A stretch of DNA of 64,000 nt, taken from the NCBI GenBank assembly GCA_951813565.1, contig OX638351.1:4448001-4512000 (forward strand). The letters run 5' to 3'. The stretch comes from an uncultured Poribacteria bacterium. GTDB taxonomy: Bacteria > Poribacteria > WGA-4E > WGA-3G. Position numbers and translations under genes: made by a program. The notes beneath the pieces are model-generated. The model saw nothing but the letters and a program-made list of their open reading frames with translations, did not search any database and was not told where the DNA came from. Every line of letters starts with the position of its first letter. Positions within the stretch are counted from its first letter, which is position 1. Shown here piece after piece: positions 37,577 through 48,900 of the stretch.

Positions 37577-40500
37577 TTATTTCTCTTCATTGTTACCAAA
37601 CTTCAAATCAGAAAAAGGGTTGCCTTCTGAGTCTGTAATCCGCATATAAAATGCCCATCCACCCTGTTCATTACATACCTTAACAAAGATGCTGTTTTTG
37701 CCGGGTTTGAGTGTCACAGGAATAGTATATGTATCAACTATTGCCATAAAGGTTTTCGTATGGGAAAAAACCTCTTTGCCATTGAGCCATACTTTCCCTT
37801 GGTCATCACTATCAAATCGGATTTCAACTTCCCGTTCATCGGGGGAGGTAACGATTGTGAAGGCATAAGCGACATGCCAATCAACATCGCCTTCTCCGAG
37901 ATGAATGTACCCATCTAAATCATCATCGGAGAACTTTTTCCAACTTACTTGTCCATTTAATCCATCGTATTTTGCAGTCAAATCAATTTCCGTGATGTCC
38001 TCAGGAATGTATGCTCTATCGTAACCGATTCCATCGGTATTATCAAATGGACCAAGCACCATCCATGCATCTTCAGTAATAAAGCCAGTTCTCTGAACAT
38101 ATTCATCCGCCTTTTCAAACTGTCCAAACTCCCGATAGTATTCTGCTAAAGCGAAGTTGGCATTTAACTTAGTTTGCAGCGCATCAGGGTGAAGGTTTTC
38201 AAGAATAAATACAGTCCTCTGTATATACTCTTCTGCTTTTACAGGTTGCCCATATTCGCGATAGCATTCTGCTAATGCGATGTAAGCGTTTACCCGGATT
38301 TCCAAACTATCCGTGGGTATATTTTCAGTAATCAATTCAGTTTTTTGAATATGTTCTTCTGCCTTTTCAAGCATACCATTTGCGGCATAAAATTTAGCCA
38401 AAATTATGTGTGAATTCAGTTGGATGTTCGGTCTATCAGAAGCAAATTCAATCAATTGACTCAACATATTGGCGTAACCTTCTATGTCTTTGACGTTTTT
38501 GCTGGCTCTGGTAATCTGTCTGAACAACTTGCGTTCTAACTTTGGGGAGGCTATGACATTTAAGTCTCCTTTTGGTGTTGGAACAGTTCTTGACGTAGTA
38601 ATATATAGGTTTCTTTTGTACCGTTCTAATGCCTCTTCATACCATTCGTTTGCGAGATATACCTCTGCTAAAGTCAAAGCATGTTTTATGCTTTTCACTG
38701 TTAGTGATGAACGTTCAAGGAATTTCAACACGTTTTCTGTGGATTGTCCCGTAGTGTGAAGATCTTTATCAGGATTACGTTCTTGCTCCTCTTTGCGTGC
38801 ACTCGTGCTAACTTTCTCCCAGTCCCAGAAGAGAATTGTACCTCCTCCAACACTAATAAGTGTTTTGCCATCAGGCGAAAATGTCAACGCCTCCACCATG
38901 TTAGTGTGTCCATCAAGCGTAGCGAGTATATCTCCTGTAGATACATCAAATAATTGAATTTTACCGTTATAAAGACTGGTAACAAGCACACAATTGTCTG
39001 GTGAAAACAGTAAGGTATCGTCAAATAATTTAGCATCAAGTGACACTTCTTTGAAATGTATTTGTTTCAATCTTCCTAACAAACGAATCTTGTTCCGGTC
39101 TCTCACAGCAAGTAGCAAACCATCTGAGGAAAACGCAAATGAACGAATAGGAAACGTGCGCCCATTACCACTTGAAGGCTGCTCTTTAAAGAAAGAAGCT
39201 AAAGCAACCCCTGTTTCCGCATCCCACATTTGAACCTGTCCGCCCTCGTTTCCGCTGACAATATTTTTGCCATCTGGTGAGAATGCTACAGTTTCAACAA
39301 AAGATTTGTCATCATCAAAATTCTCACCGTGGTCTGAGGTTATTATTTTAAGTTTTTCACCCGATTCCGTATTTAAGATGTAGATTGTGTTTCCGCGACT
39401 ACCGGCAATGGTCTTCCCGTCAGGAGAAAAAACTTTCTCATTATCGTCTGGAAAAGCCGCCAACTCACGTCCCGTTTTAACATCAGTCAGACGGAGCTCA
39501 TAATTATCAAAATTAGGGTCAGACGAATCATGGACAAGACCGTGGGTGAGGAGTTTTGTTCCATCAGGTGAAAGCACAAGGGATACGTAAGAACCCCATG
39601 ATCTTAGTATCTCAAGTGTCTTTTTGGTTTTGTGAGTCGTTTTATGGTGATTCTTCAGATCCCAGGCAGTGACTATTCCATCTGATGAAACACTTGCGAG
39701 TGTGGAATTATCTTTTATGAAAGACGCGTTTCTTATCCACGCATGTCCAGTAATGCTGGTCTGGCGAGGTGCTTTCGTCTCAATGCTCCAAAACCGGACG
39801 GTGCCATCTGAACTTCCACTTGCGAGTGTGTTACCATCTGGCGAAAATGCCAATCTGGAAACATTACTTGTGTGACCAGCAAAGGATGCGATCAATTCAG
39901 TTGTTACGATATTCCACAGTTGGATAGAACTATTGATATTTCCTATAGCGAGCAAATTTCCATCTGGAGAGAATACTAACACTGTAGGTCTACCTGGACT
40001 ATTCTTTTCCCATGGCTCATGTGTGTGCAATTTTCCATCTGGCGAATGAAATAACATTTTCATTTTGTCCATTGACTTATTTAGGAAAATTAGTTCTTCT
40101 CCAGTGATGGTATCCCATACTTGCACCGTTCCATCCAGATTTCCACTGGCGAGTTTTACTCCATCTGGGGTAAATGCTAACGATATAGAATGATTTTCTG
40201 CCGACACTCCAATCCGAAAATTAATCGTCTTCTCTGTTTGTTCCCTGAGCGTAGATAACTTCTTGCCAGTCCTAATGTCCCACAACTCAAGCCTACCACC
40301 TCTGCTTCCGATAGCAATTTTATCTTCGGTAAGCGCATAGTTTTCAAGATGAGCATAACCGGGTCTTTCTCCAATTACGGTGGTAGTCATCTGTCCAGTT
40401 TCAGTATTTAATATGCTAATTGTGTCTCTGGCTTTACCCATACTCACAAACGTCTTGCGGTCTTTCAAAAACCATGCCACGTCAACATCTGGAAGGGTAT

Positions 40501-40771
40501 CGTGATGTGAAACATTTCGTCCTGTTGCTATTTCCCACACCCCTTTTTCACTTTTGAGAAAGCGTCCATCAGAGGAAAATGCAAGCGTGCCAGATATTTC
40601 TGGAATGAGAGATATCTCCTTGCCCGTTTCTACATCGTATAACCATACACCGACAGAACTGTGCACTGCAATTTGTGTGCCATCTGGTGAAAACTGAATA
40701 CCTCCCATACCACCCTTACCTAAACGCATTTTCGCTTCTTTTGGCAGATTCCATTGTGGATAATTCTCCAT
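37577..40771 (-). CDS. WD40-repeat protein with TPR-like repeats and a C-terminal PA14-like/jelly-roll module
   Basis: Many FSPDG..LASG..DGTV..W repeats, three ~42-aa helical repeats, WMVLGPFDN...SDDQGKVWLNG C-terminal domain. Confidence 0.85.
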   Translation of the reverse strand: MENYPQWNLPKEAKMRLGKGGMGGIQFSPDGTQIAVHSSVGVWLYDVETGKEISLIPEISGTLAFSSDGRFLKSEKGVWEIATGRNVSHHDTLPDVDVAWFLKDRKTFVSMGKARDTISILNTETGQMTTTVIGERPGYAHLENYALTEDKIAIGSRGGRLELWDIRTGKKLSTLREQTEKTINFRIGVSAENHSISLAFTPDGVKLASGNLDGTVQVWDTITGEELIFLNKSMDKMKMLFHSPDGKLHTHEPWEKNSPGRPTVLVFSPDGNLLAIGNINSSIQLWNIVTTELIASFAGHTSNVSRLAFSPDGNTLASGSSDGTVRFWSIETKAPRQTSITGHAWIRNASFIKDNSTLASVSSDGIVTAWDLKNHHKTTHKTKKTLEILRSWGSYVSLVLSPDGTKLLTHGLVHDSSDPNFDNYELRLTDVKTGRELAAFPDDNEKVFSPDGKTIAGSRGNTIYILNTESGEKLKIITSDHGENFDDDKSFVETVAFSPDGKNIVSGNEGGQVQMWDAETGVALASFFKEQPSSGNGRTFPIRSFAFSSDGLLLAVRDRNKIRLLGRLKQIHFKEVSLDAKLFDDTLLFSPDNCVLVTSLYNGKIQLFDVSTGDILATLDGHTNMVEALTFSPDGKTLISVGGGTILFWDWEKVSTSARKEEQERNPDKDLHTTGQSTENVLKFLERSSLTVKSIKHALTLAEVYLANEWYEEALERYKRNLYITTSRTVPTPKGDLNVIASPKLERKLFRQITRASKNVKDIEGYANMLSQLIEFASDRPNIQLNSHIILAKFYAANGMLEKAEEHIQKTELITENIPTDSLEIRVNAYIALAECYREYGQPVKAEEYIQRTVFILENLHPDALQTKLNANFALAEYYREFGQFEKADEYVQRTGFITEDAWMVLGPFDNTDGIGYDRAYIPEDITEIDLTAKYDGLNGQVSWKKFSDDDLDGYIHLGEGDVDWHVAYAFTIVTSPDEREVEIRFDSDDQGKVWLNGKEVFSHTKTFMAIVDTYTIPVTLKPGKNSIFVKVCNEQGGWAFYMRITDSEGNPFSDLKFGNNEEK

Positions 40772-40919
40772 TTCTTGCTCCTCATCTGCCTCCGCAGATA
40801 GTGGTGTATCATCATGTTGTTTATAAACAAGTTTTTAGTTATGTGTAAACACTCCCAAGTTTTCTCCACATTTCCAACTTCAATGCAACAATTTCAATAA
40901 CGGGTGGTGCAATAATCTT

Positions 40920-42377
40920 TCAATCCAAATAATCCATTTCTGGCAAAAGATTCCATCGGTACTGGTCAGGAGGTTGTGTGTTGCGTGCCCATTGGCCAAG
41001 AACGCGTGTATCGGTTCGCTTGGCTGCCATCTGAACAGCAATCTTATCGGGATCCCATCCATCCAAAATCTTTTCCGTCAACGCCATCAACATGTCTCTA
41101 CATTCTGGGTCATTTGATCGGTCATCTAATTCATTTGGATCTTCCTTCAAGTTAAACAGTTGAGTCGGTTGCTCGTGATAGTAATTCAGTTTCCAATCTT
41201 CATAGCGAACCATCCGATGATAACATCCATCGTCGGTGCAAAATTCAGAAAATGCGATGTCTTCCCACGCCGCATTTTCTTCACGAAAAAGCGGTAGAAC
41301 ACTTCTTCCACGGGAATTTGGCAAAGGCGATGCGCCAAGAGCATCAATCATTGTCGCATTCAAATCAAGTGAACTGATTACACGATTACACCGCACACCT
41401 TCTGGCAGGCTGCCTCTCCACGATAAAATCGCCGGGACTTTGACAGAATGTTCATAAAATGTCTGTTTCCACCAAAGCCCGTGTTCACCAACCTGTTCGC
41501 CGTGATCAGAACTATAAAGGATAATCGTGTTCTGATCCAATTCATTTTCTCTGAGTACAGTCAGAATCTGCCCAATCATTATATCCATCCGTGTAACCAA
41601 AGCCCAATATGCCGTGCGTGCCCGAAGGATCTCATCATTAGAGACTTCGGTTATCCCACATTTTTCGCGCCACCATCGGAAGTAGGGATGCAGTTTATCT
41701 GAAAAAGGTTCAGGGTTTTGCGGCATCGTCATCTGCCCTTCATATAGTTGATAGTCTACCTGACGCGCAACAAAAGGTTGATGCGGCAACATAAACCCGA
41801 CAGAAATTGAAAACGGTGTATCAAGTAGTCCTGCTCTTTTCTGAACGCCAAGCCGATTGAGATAATCGACGGTTGCCGCAGTTACATCCTCATCGTGAAC
41901 CTGATACGCACTCTGCCCTGGACCAGATTTTTGTAGACTTACTCGCGCCGGTCCCGCTGTTCCAGATAGCTCACCGTGGTCAACACCGCCCCCACCCGGA
42001 TGATTCGGTCCGTGGTCACCCACAAGACGTTCAGTATAACCGTGCAGCTGATCCGGCCCTAAAGCATGCATTCGTCCAATGAGAACGGGTTCGTACCCAG
42101 CAGTGCCCATCGCATGTGCGAAAGTCGGAATCCCAGAATCAAGGATATGGCTGTTTGTCCACACTGCATTTTCGTACGGGTATCGTCCGCTCAACATTGA
42201 CATACGGGAAGGCACACAGATCGGTGACGGACAGTAGGTATTTTCAAACACAATCCCATCTGCAGCGAGTTGGTCAAGGTTTGGAGTTTGCACCAATTCA
42301 TCACCATAACAACCTGTAACATAAGGGTTGTGTTGATCAGAATGGATATATAACAAATTGGGACGCTGATTGTACAT
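40920..42377 (-). CDS. Sulfatase (choline-sulfatase-like)
   Basis: PNLL.I.SDQH, CVPSR, GRMH, SDHGE..GEHGLWWK. Confidence 0.9.
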   Translation of the reverse strand: MYNQRPNLLYIHSDQHNPYVTGCYGDELVQTPNLDQLAADGIVFENTYCPSPICVPSRMSMLSGRYPYENAVWTNSHILDSGIPTFAHAMGTAGYEPVLIGRMHALGPDQLHGYTERLVGDHGPNHPGGGGVDHGELSGTAGPARVSLQKSGPGQSAYQVHDEDVTAATVDYLNRLGVQKRAGLLDTPFSISVGFMLPHQPFVARQVDYQLYEGQMTMPQNPEPFSDKLHPYFRWWREKCGITEVSNDEILRARTAYWALVTRMDIMIGQILTVLRENELDQNTIILYSSDHGEQVGEHGLWWKQTFYEHSVKVPAILSWRGSLPEGVRCNRVISSLDLNATMIDALGASPLPNSRGRSVLPLFREENAAWEDIAFSEFCTDDGCYHRMVRYEDWKLNYYHEQPTQLFNLKEDPNELDDRSNDPECRDMLMALTEKILDGWDPDKIAVQMAAKRTDTRVLGQWARNTQPPDQYRWNLLPEMDYLD

Positions 42378-42687
42378 TCTTTTATCTACCTCGTAAATGA
42401 TGCTGAAATCCATTATACATGGGATAAGATTATCGTCAAGCAAAAACATATCACGCACCATGCGTTTCTATTTGACATAGAAATACGGGTTGTAGTACAA
42501 TATTAAAGGTTGTTCAAATCTCATCTTAATTTTCTCTCAAAACTTTACCAAGTTGACATTGGACGCTGCCTGAATATCTCCGACAACAACTCAAATTGCC
42601 AACTCTAAAATAAGTATAACGCAAACCTTACAAAATTCAGGTACCACTCACGTTATGTGATACGTTGTATGAACTTATGGAGAGAAA

Positions 42688-43155
42688 ATGATTCAAAAGA
42701 TTGAGGAACAAGACGGATACATGTTGCTCTATTTTGGAGAACCTCCAAAAAATGTAGGGCAAATCAAGTTCGTCAATTGTCTTGCCTATCAACAAAATCA
42801 GATACTCTTTTGCAAATGGCGTGATGAAGACATTTGGGTCTTGCCCGGTGGACGCATTGAATCCGAAGAAACAACTGAACAAGCGTTACACCGTGAACTT
42901 ATGGAGGAGACAGGCGCAACGTTGAAAAATTTTGAAGTCTTGTGTCATCTCCACTGCTTTATGTTCAATCTCGAATATTGGGGAATTGCTTATATGGGAG
43001 AAATCAAAAAGTTGGGTAGTCCATTGGATATAGACGAAGTCAGTGAAGCGAAACTGTTTTCGCACTTTCCAGAAAATCAGCCTAAGCCAGGACCGTTTGA
43101 TAACCAAAGCAAAGCATTATATCTTGCTGCGATGCATAAGTTATCACGCTATTGA
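42688..43155 (+). CDS. NUDIX hydrolase
   Basis: Nudix box PGGRIESEETTEQALHRELMEETG. Confidence 0.9.
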   Translation: MIQKIEEQDGYMLLYFGEPPKNVGQIKFVNCLAYQQNQILFCKWRDEDIWVLPGGRIESEETTEQALHRELMEETGATLKNFEVLCHLHCFMFNLEYWGIAYMGEIKKLGSPLDIDEVSEAKLFSHFPENQPKPGPFDNQSKALYLAAMHKLSRY

Positions 43156-43299
43156 AGCCTCAAATGCATCCGAAAATGAGTAACAGCACAAAAACAGAAA
43201 GAAGCATAGACATAACTGCTTTAGTAGAGTAGTTTGATTTGCTGACACAAAATGTGAAGAATCACTTGAAAACTGACGACTAACCATATTAGGAATACA

Positions 43300-44118
43300 A
43301 TGGCATTTGAATTTCAGGATTATATGGTCAACGAGTATCTCTCGCAAGGCTACCTAATTTTTCGAGGGGTTGTGCCGCCATCGCTGCTCACAGATTTACG
43401 CAAGGAAGCAGAGAAAGCGCGACATTTAGCACACAAACTCAATGGACCACAGACACAGCGGATTCAACCTTTGTCAAACTATGGTGACGATTTGGATTTG
43501 AAACCGTTTTATGACTACACAGAACTGCCAGAACTGCGAGATGCTGTTCAGAAATTGCTTGGAGATGATTATTCGCATGGGCATGTTGACATTATGGGAT
43601 TACTTGTCGAACCCCTTGAGCATCCTTGGCATATCGGTTGGCATCGTGATGGCGTGGTTGAAGTGCCACCTGAAGCACGTGATGAAACTGTGAACGCAAA
43701 ACTCGCAGAAGTCTGGCACGACTTACGTCATTTCAATCAGGTCAACTGTGCGATTTATGCGGATTCTTGCACATGGTTTGTTCCAGGCAGCCATCTTCGG
43801 CAATGGGACATGCCGGGCGAAGAACAGACAACTGGCAATCCTGCGTTGCGTAAACCTGCTGATGGACAGTCCAATGTTGAGGCAGAACGACTCTACTTAG
43901 AACATTGTCAGCGGTTTCCAGGTGCAGTTCAAGTGCATCTGGGACCGGGAGATTTCATGATTTATCGGAATCTTGCATGGCATACTGGAAATTATCTTAC
44001 TTATCAACCGCGTGCTACAATTCATGATGTTGTACGGTATGAAGGTAAAAAAGATTGGCTTGATTGGCAACAAACAAAACTTGATGCTGTTAAACGTTGG
44101 AAAGAGAAAGAATCATAG
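43300..44118 (+). CDS. PhyH-family dioxygenase
   Basis: GWHRD, FVPGSH, LGPGD.......WH.G. Confidence 0.82.
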   Translation: MAFEFQDYMVNEYLSQGYLIFRGVVPPSLLTDLRKEAEKARHLAHKLNGPQTQRIQPLSNYGDDLDLKPFYDYTELPELRDAVQKLLGDDYSHGHVDIMGLLVEPLEHPWHIGWHRDGVVEVPPEARDETVNAKLAEVWHDLRHFNQVNCAIYADSCTWFVPGSHLRQWDMPGEEQTTGNPALRKPADGQSNVEAERLYLEHCQRFPGAVQVHLGPGDFMIYRNLAWHTGNYLTYQPRATIHDVVRYEGKKDWLDWQQTKLDAVKRWKEKES

Positions 44119-44162
44119 CACAATTAAGTTTACCCATAAACAATCAACAAAGGAAAAGAATC

Positions 44163-44255
44163 ATGCCAAAAGGTATTTTAATAATAGGATTGTTCATCAT
44201 ATTTGTTACAGGGGCATTACTATCGTTGATACTTCTTGTTAGGTCAAAAGAATAA
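44163..44255 (+). CDS. 30-aa single-pass membrane microprotein
   Basis: AAGGA SD; MPKGILIIGLFIIFVTGALLSLILLVRSKE*. Confidence 0.55.
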   Translation: MPKGILIIGLFIIFVTGALLSLILLVRSKE

Positions 44256-44280
44256 CAACAATAAAAGGAGAATGAAAGTA

Positions 44281-44373
44281 ATGGCTATCAGTTTTGTTGG
44301 ACTTGCAGTTGGCATATTCCTCGTTGGTGCTGTACTCGCAGTGATAGTAATTGTCACGAAAAACAAGAATTGA
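44281..44373 (+). CDS. 30-aa single-pass membrane microprotein
   Basis: AAAGGAG SD; MAISFVGLAVGIFLVGAVLAVIVIVTKNKN*. Confidence 0.6.
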   Translation: MAISFVGLAVGIFLVGAVLAVIVIVTKNKN

Positions 44374-44446
44374 GGATATCAATTTGCTTTTTTGTTTGCA
44401 ATCATTAAATGAAGATGAGTGATTCGTTTTGAAGGAGAAAAGAAGG

Positions 44447-45283
44447 ATGGAGCAGAAATTCACAATAGAACACCCAGGAAAAGTAATAAATCACACGTTT
44501 CCACCGACCCGTCCCGATATAAAGATAGTTGAAAGTTCTGACCGTATAACTGAAGTTGATTGTCAAGAACTACAGTGGTGGTTTGCTATCCCAAAGATGG
44601 GTGAACGTTATATGTGGGCAGAATACGATGGCGAAACACAAAAGTTAGACGCTGTAACAGAGATGATTCCGACTGCTCCTGCAACTATTCGAGACATTGA
44701 CTGTGTTGAAATCCAATTCAATGAGTGGCTTGCAAAAGACTGGCCAGTTTCTCCTGATTTGATGTATGTTGCAATTGATGAAACTCATACAAAGTGGGTC
44801 TCAGTTGTAAATACAATTGATGGGAGACGTATTTTCAATACAATCGGAGACGAATGGTTTGAAGACCAATGGGGTGGACCTTGCAAACGCCGTATTGTTG
44901 ATGATGGTCGCTACCAATTGCAACCCGATGGATCCTACAAACTTACGGACGGTCAGGGATTCGGAGCAGGAACGTATGATGTGACAATTGGTGAAAGGAC
45001 CTTCCACTGTCTCAGGGTTTTAGATGCTGATATTACCGATGAGCACGGAGGAGAGCTTGCTGAAGCTTATATTGAAGAAGAAACCGGACGCACGGTCTTC
45101 TTTAGACGTTATGACGGCCGGTATCTACGTGGTGATCTGCTTAAAAAGTTTCCTAACAATCGTCGTATTGTGATAGATGACATCACCTATATACATAGCA
45201 ACTGCACGGGTTGGTTTCACGATACATTTACATTGGCATCTCTTGGTCAAACACTAAACTCAGCTGGTGAAAGCGAGAAGTGA
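44447..45283 (+). CDS. Hypothetical protein (278 aa)
   Basis: Long ORF with SD-like AAGGAG/AGG upstream; beta-rich composition. Confidence 0.75.
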   Translation: MEQKFTIEHPGKVINHTFPPTRPDIKIVESSDRITEVDCQELQWWFAIPKMGERYMWAEYDGETQKLDAVTEMIPTAPATIRDIDCVEIQFNEWLAKDWPVSPDLMYVAIDETHTKWVSVVNTIDGRRIFNTIGDEWFEDQWGGPCKRRIVDDGRYQLQPDGSYKLTDGQGFGAGTYDVTIGERTFHCLRVLDADITDEHGGELAEAYIEEETGRTVFFRRYDGRYLRGDLLKKFPNNRRIVIDDITYIHSNCTGWFHDTFTLASLGQTLNSAGESEK

Positions 45284-45382
45284 CACCCAAAAACACAATT
45301 CACTATCTTTTATCACGGAGATGTCAAAGTTTTTGAACTTTAATTAGGAGTTCAATAATGGGAGCGATTACAAAACCATTCA

Positions 45383-45762
45383 ATAGGTGTCAATTTAAGA
45401 AATTATTCTGTTTTGTGGATGTATTAGCCCCAGAGGGGCGAAATGTGTATAATGCTATATGTCTTCCCACCAATGCCTTATGCACATTTGGTGTTGATTC
45501 ACGGGACTAAAGATGAATGGGTGGGTGGACAAAGTCTTCCCACAAGAATTTATACTAGAGCGTATCTCATAAATCTTATGTAGGGCGAGGTCCCTGTGCC
45601 TCGCCATCTCTCAAAAGTGCAAACAACGGGCGGGCACAGGGACCCGCCCCTACAATAGAAGTGCGTGTTAGAAAAAACAGAGCGAAATCTAACAAAATTA
45701 TATTTATGAGATACGCTCTACTAAATTGACGCCGATGTGCGGTTAGGAAACCGCACCTACCT
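45383..45762. repeat. Composite MITE/REP cluster, including a GAGCGTATCTCATAAAT-ended MITE at 45558-45718 with TACTA duplication
   Basis: ATAGGTGTCAATTTAAG...CTAAATTGACGCCGATG outer ends; inner perfect IR flanked by TACTA on both sides. Confidence 0.7.
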
Positions 45763-45903
45763 GTGTGTGTTAAGTTCGCTGAGATGGTGAATTCTATTCA
45801 AAATTTGCTACAAATTGAACTCACGTAAAAATTTAGTCTAAGTAAACCATTGAAGAATCCGAGTCATTTTTAGAAAATTATTTATCCTCAAGGAGGGCTT
45901 CCG

Positions 45904-48900
45904 ATGTTTGGACGTGAAAAATGCTTAATTGCTTTATGTGTGTTATATCTACTGTTTTCAACCCTACTTCTTTCTCCCATCATTCTCGCGCAAGATGAAA
46001 CGAGCGATGCTAAAATCATTGAACGTTACAAGTTAATGCTCAACCAAAAGCCGAAAGAAGGCAGCACATTTGATCGGCTTTATCAATTTTATCTTGAAGG
46101 TGACGGTTTAGAGAAAATGGTCGCAGATTATCAAGCAGAAACACAAGCCAAACCTAACGACCCAAACATTCAACTTATTTTGGGGCATATTTATAAAAGA
46201 CTTGGTAAGGATAAGGAAGCACTTGCAGCATATCAACGCACAGTAGCACTTGCACCTAACAATTACTACGCCTATTTTGCACTCGGGCAGCTACACGTGA
46301 CGCTACGCCAACATGAGGACGCAATTCGTGAGTTAACCAAAGCAGTAACCCTATCGGAACAGTTACAATCTGTATCTCCTGAAGAGTTAACAGAAATTTA
46401 CAAGGCACTCGGACATGCCTATTTTAGTCGAGATAAGTTAGACGATGCGATTCAGGTATGGAAAAAAATCTCTGAACTTGATCCGCAGAACGTATTTGCC
46501 CGCATTGAACTCGCCGACCTATTCCGAGAAAAAGAACTCTATCCGCAAGCAATCGCACAACACCAAGCCATCATTGATATTAAAAAAGACGATCCGTATC
46601 GTAGGTGTCTCAGTCTACGGGAAATCGGTAAAATACATGAAGATACAGGTGACTATGAAAAGGCGCGTGAGCATTACGATAGGGCGTTGGACCTAACTGC
46701 CACCGGCAATTGGCTTAGAAAAGACCTGCAACATAGGATTATCGCAATTTATTCGGCAGATGCAAATTGGACAGACCTAATTACATATTATCAAGGTAAA
46801 CTTGAAGCAAACCCGAATGACCCTGAATTGCTCGGTTTACTTGCCGCAACATATATTGAAAATCAGCAGCTTGAGGAAGGAACAGACACATATAGGAAAG
46901 GGTTAGAACTTGCACCAACAGACTCTGGTCTCCGCCTAAATCTTATAACTGCTCTCCGGAACGCTGAAAAGTTTGAAGAGGCTGCAGCCGAATACGAATC
47001 ACTTAGCGAACAACAACCTGATGACTTCGGCATCTACCGAGAACTTGGTAAATTATATCTGGAGCTTGAAAATGAAGACAAGGCAAAGGCAGTATATCAA
47101 CGAATGATTGACCGAGATCCGCAAAATGCCAGCACGCACCTTACACTTGCTGAAATTTATACTGGACACGAATGGATGGAAAATGCAGCTGCTGCGTATC
47201 AGCAGGCGATCTCGCTTGCCCCTCAAAATCTTGACTACATTGAATATTTTGGAGAGTTCTATTTCCGTCAAGCCAACCGTGACAAGGCAATTGAGACGTG
47301 GAACCAGATGGTTGCAGATGACAAGAGTACTGCCGAGAATTATGACCGTTTAGCACGGTTGTTAGAAGCAAAAAAGTTTCCCACCGAAGCAATTGATGCA
47401 AGCAAAAAAGCGGTAGAACTAATGCCCGATGCTTACCGTTTTCGTGAGGCTTTAGCAAAACGCCTACTGAGCAACAAGCAATACGATGATGCACTTTTAG
47501 AATATAATGAAGCAATTAAACTTGCCCCCAATGATTTTTTTGCAGAACAGATGGACGATCAGCGAATTGAACTTTATCGGCAGCAAGGGACGCTCGTTGA
47601 AAAAATTGAAGACGCAGAAGCACAACTTGAAAAACCCGGACTCGCAGATACCGATAAATTCACACAACTGAAGCGACTCGCGAAAATGTACCTAAAGTTG
47701 AGCAATAATACTTATGCCCTTGAAATCCTTTTGAAAGCCAAAGAACTTCAACCTAATGATATAAGTGTTAATCGTCAGACAGCAAATCTCTACGTCAAAC
47801 AAGGTAGACGTGATGAAGCGATTGCAATTTACACGTACTTAACTGAGATTGATAGCACTAATGCGCGTGAATACCATGCGAATATCGCAAACGCATATTT
47901 AAAAGGAATGGACTTTGAGGCTGCCACAAATGCAGCGAAACAGGTAGTCGCCCATAGCCCACGGAACCCAGAGGGACATCAACTGCTCGCTGAAATCGCC
48001 AAACAGTCTGCCAATTATGAAGCGGCAATTGACAGCTATAAGCAAGCAATTCGACTACGACCTGAAGCAATTGATATCCGAACAGAACTTGCTGCGCTTT
48101 ACAACAGTTCAGGCAACTCCCGACAAGCAATCGCACAGTACTGGAGATGTTGGGAGTTAAGCGATAATATTAGCGACAAACTCAGTTTTATTAAACCTCT
48201 TTCCGAAGCATATTACGATTTAGGTAGAAGCGGAGAACTTGAAGAAAAACTGAAGCAGATGGCAAAATCTAATACATCCGGTGTAGGACCGGTTTTAGCA
48301 TTGGGACAAGTCTATCGGATTGAAGGTGATCTTTCAAACGCACGATTCCAACTTGCGAGCGCATTAGACCGCCAACGCGAAAACGCGGAACTTTTATCAC
48401 AACTTGTTGATATAAGTCTGGACCTTGGCGATTTCCAGGAAGCACTTACTTATCAACAACGTCTCGTCAAAGCAAATCCCGATCCTACACATCAGCAAAA
48501 ACTCGGTGAACTTCTGTTTGATGTCGGGCGCGAGCAAGAAGCCATCCAAGCATGGTCTAAAGTACTTCACGCCAAAAATCAGACCCTTGAAGCTGAAGTC
48601 AAACTCGCCAAATTGTTGATTCGACATGGTTTGTTAGAAGAAGCACTTTTTGCCTTGGACAGCGCAGCAGAAAAAATTTCGGGCAAAGACGCACATCTCG
48701 CGCTATACCAAATCGGTGCTACACTTGTTGAAATAAACGAGGCGGAAAGAGCAATGCCCCACTTTCAGCGGATCTTAGCAATGCCCGAACCTGGCTCTGA
48801 TACTACCTTGACTGCCACCACTAATAACACAACGACAAGTGTGCGATCCGCCATCTACCGTCCGCCTGGAGTCAATACAAATAAACTCACCCTTCCACAA

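Noticed and set aside
42472..42687. Riboswitch/ncRNA in the long leader of the NUDIX gene
   Set aside because: A promoter-like TTGACA-18-TACAAT is present, but I recognise no riboswitch consensus. An Rfam/Infernal scan would be needed.
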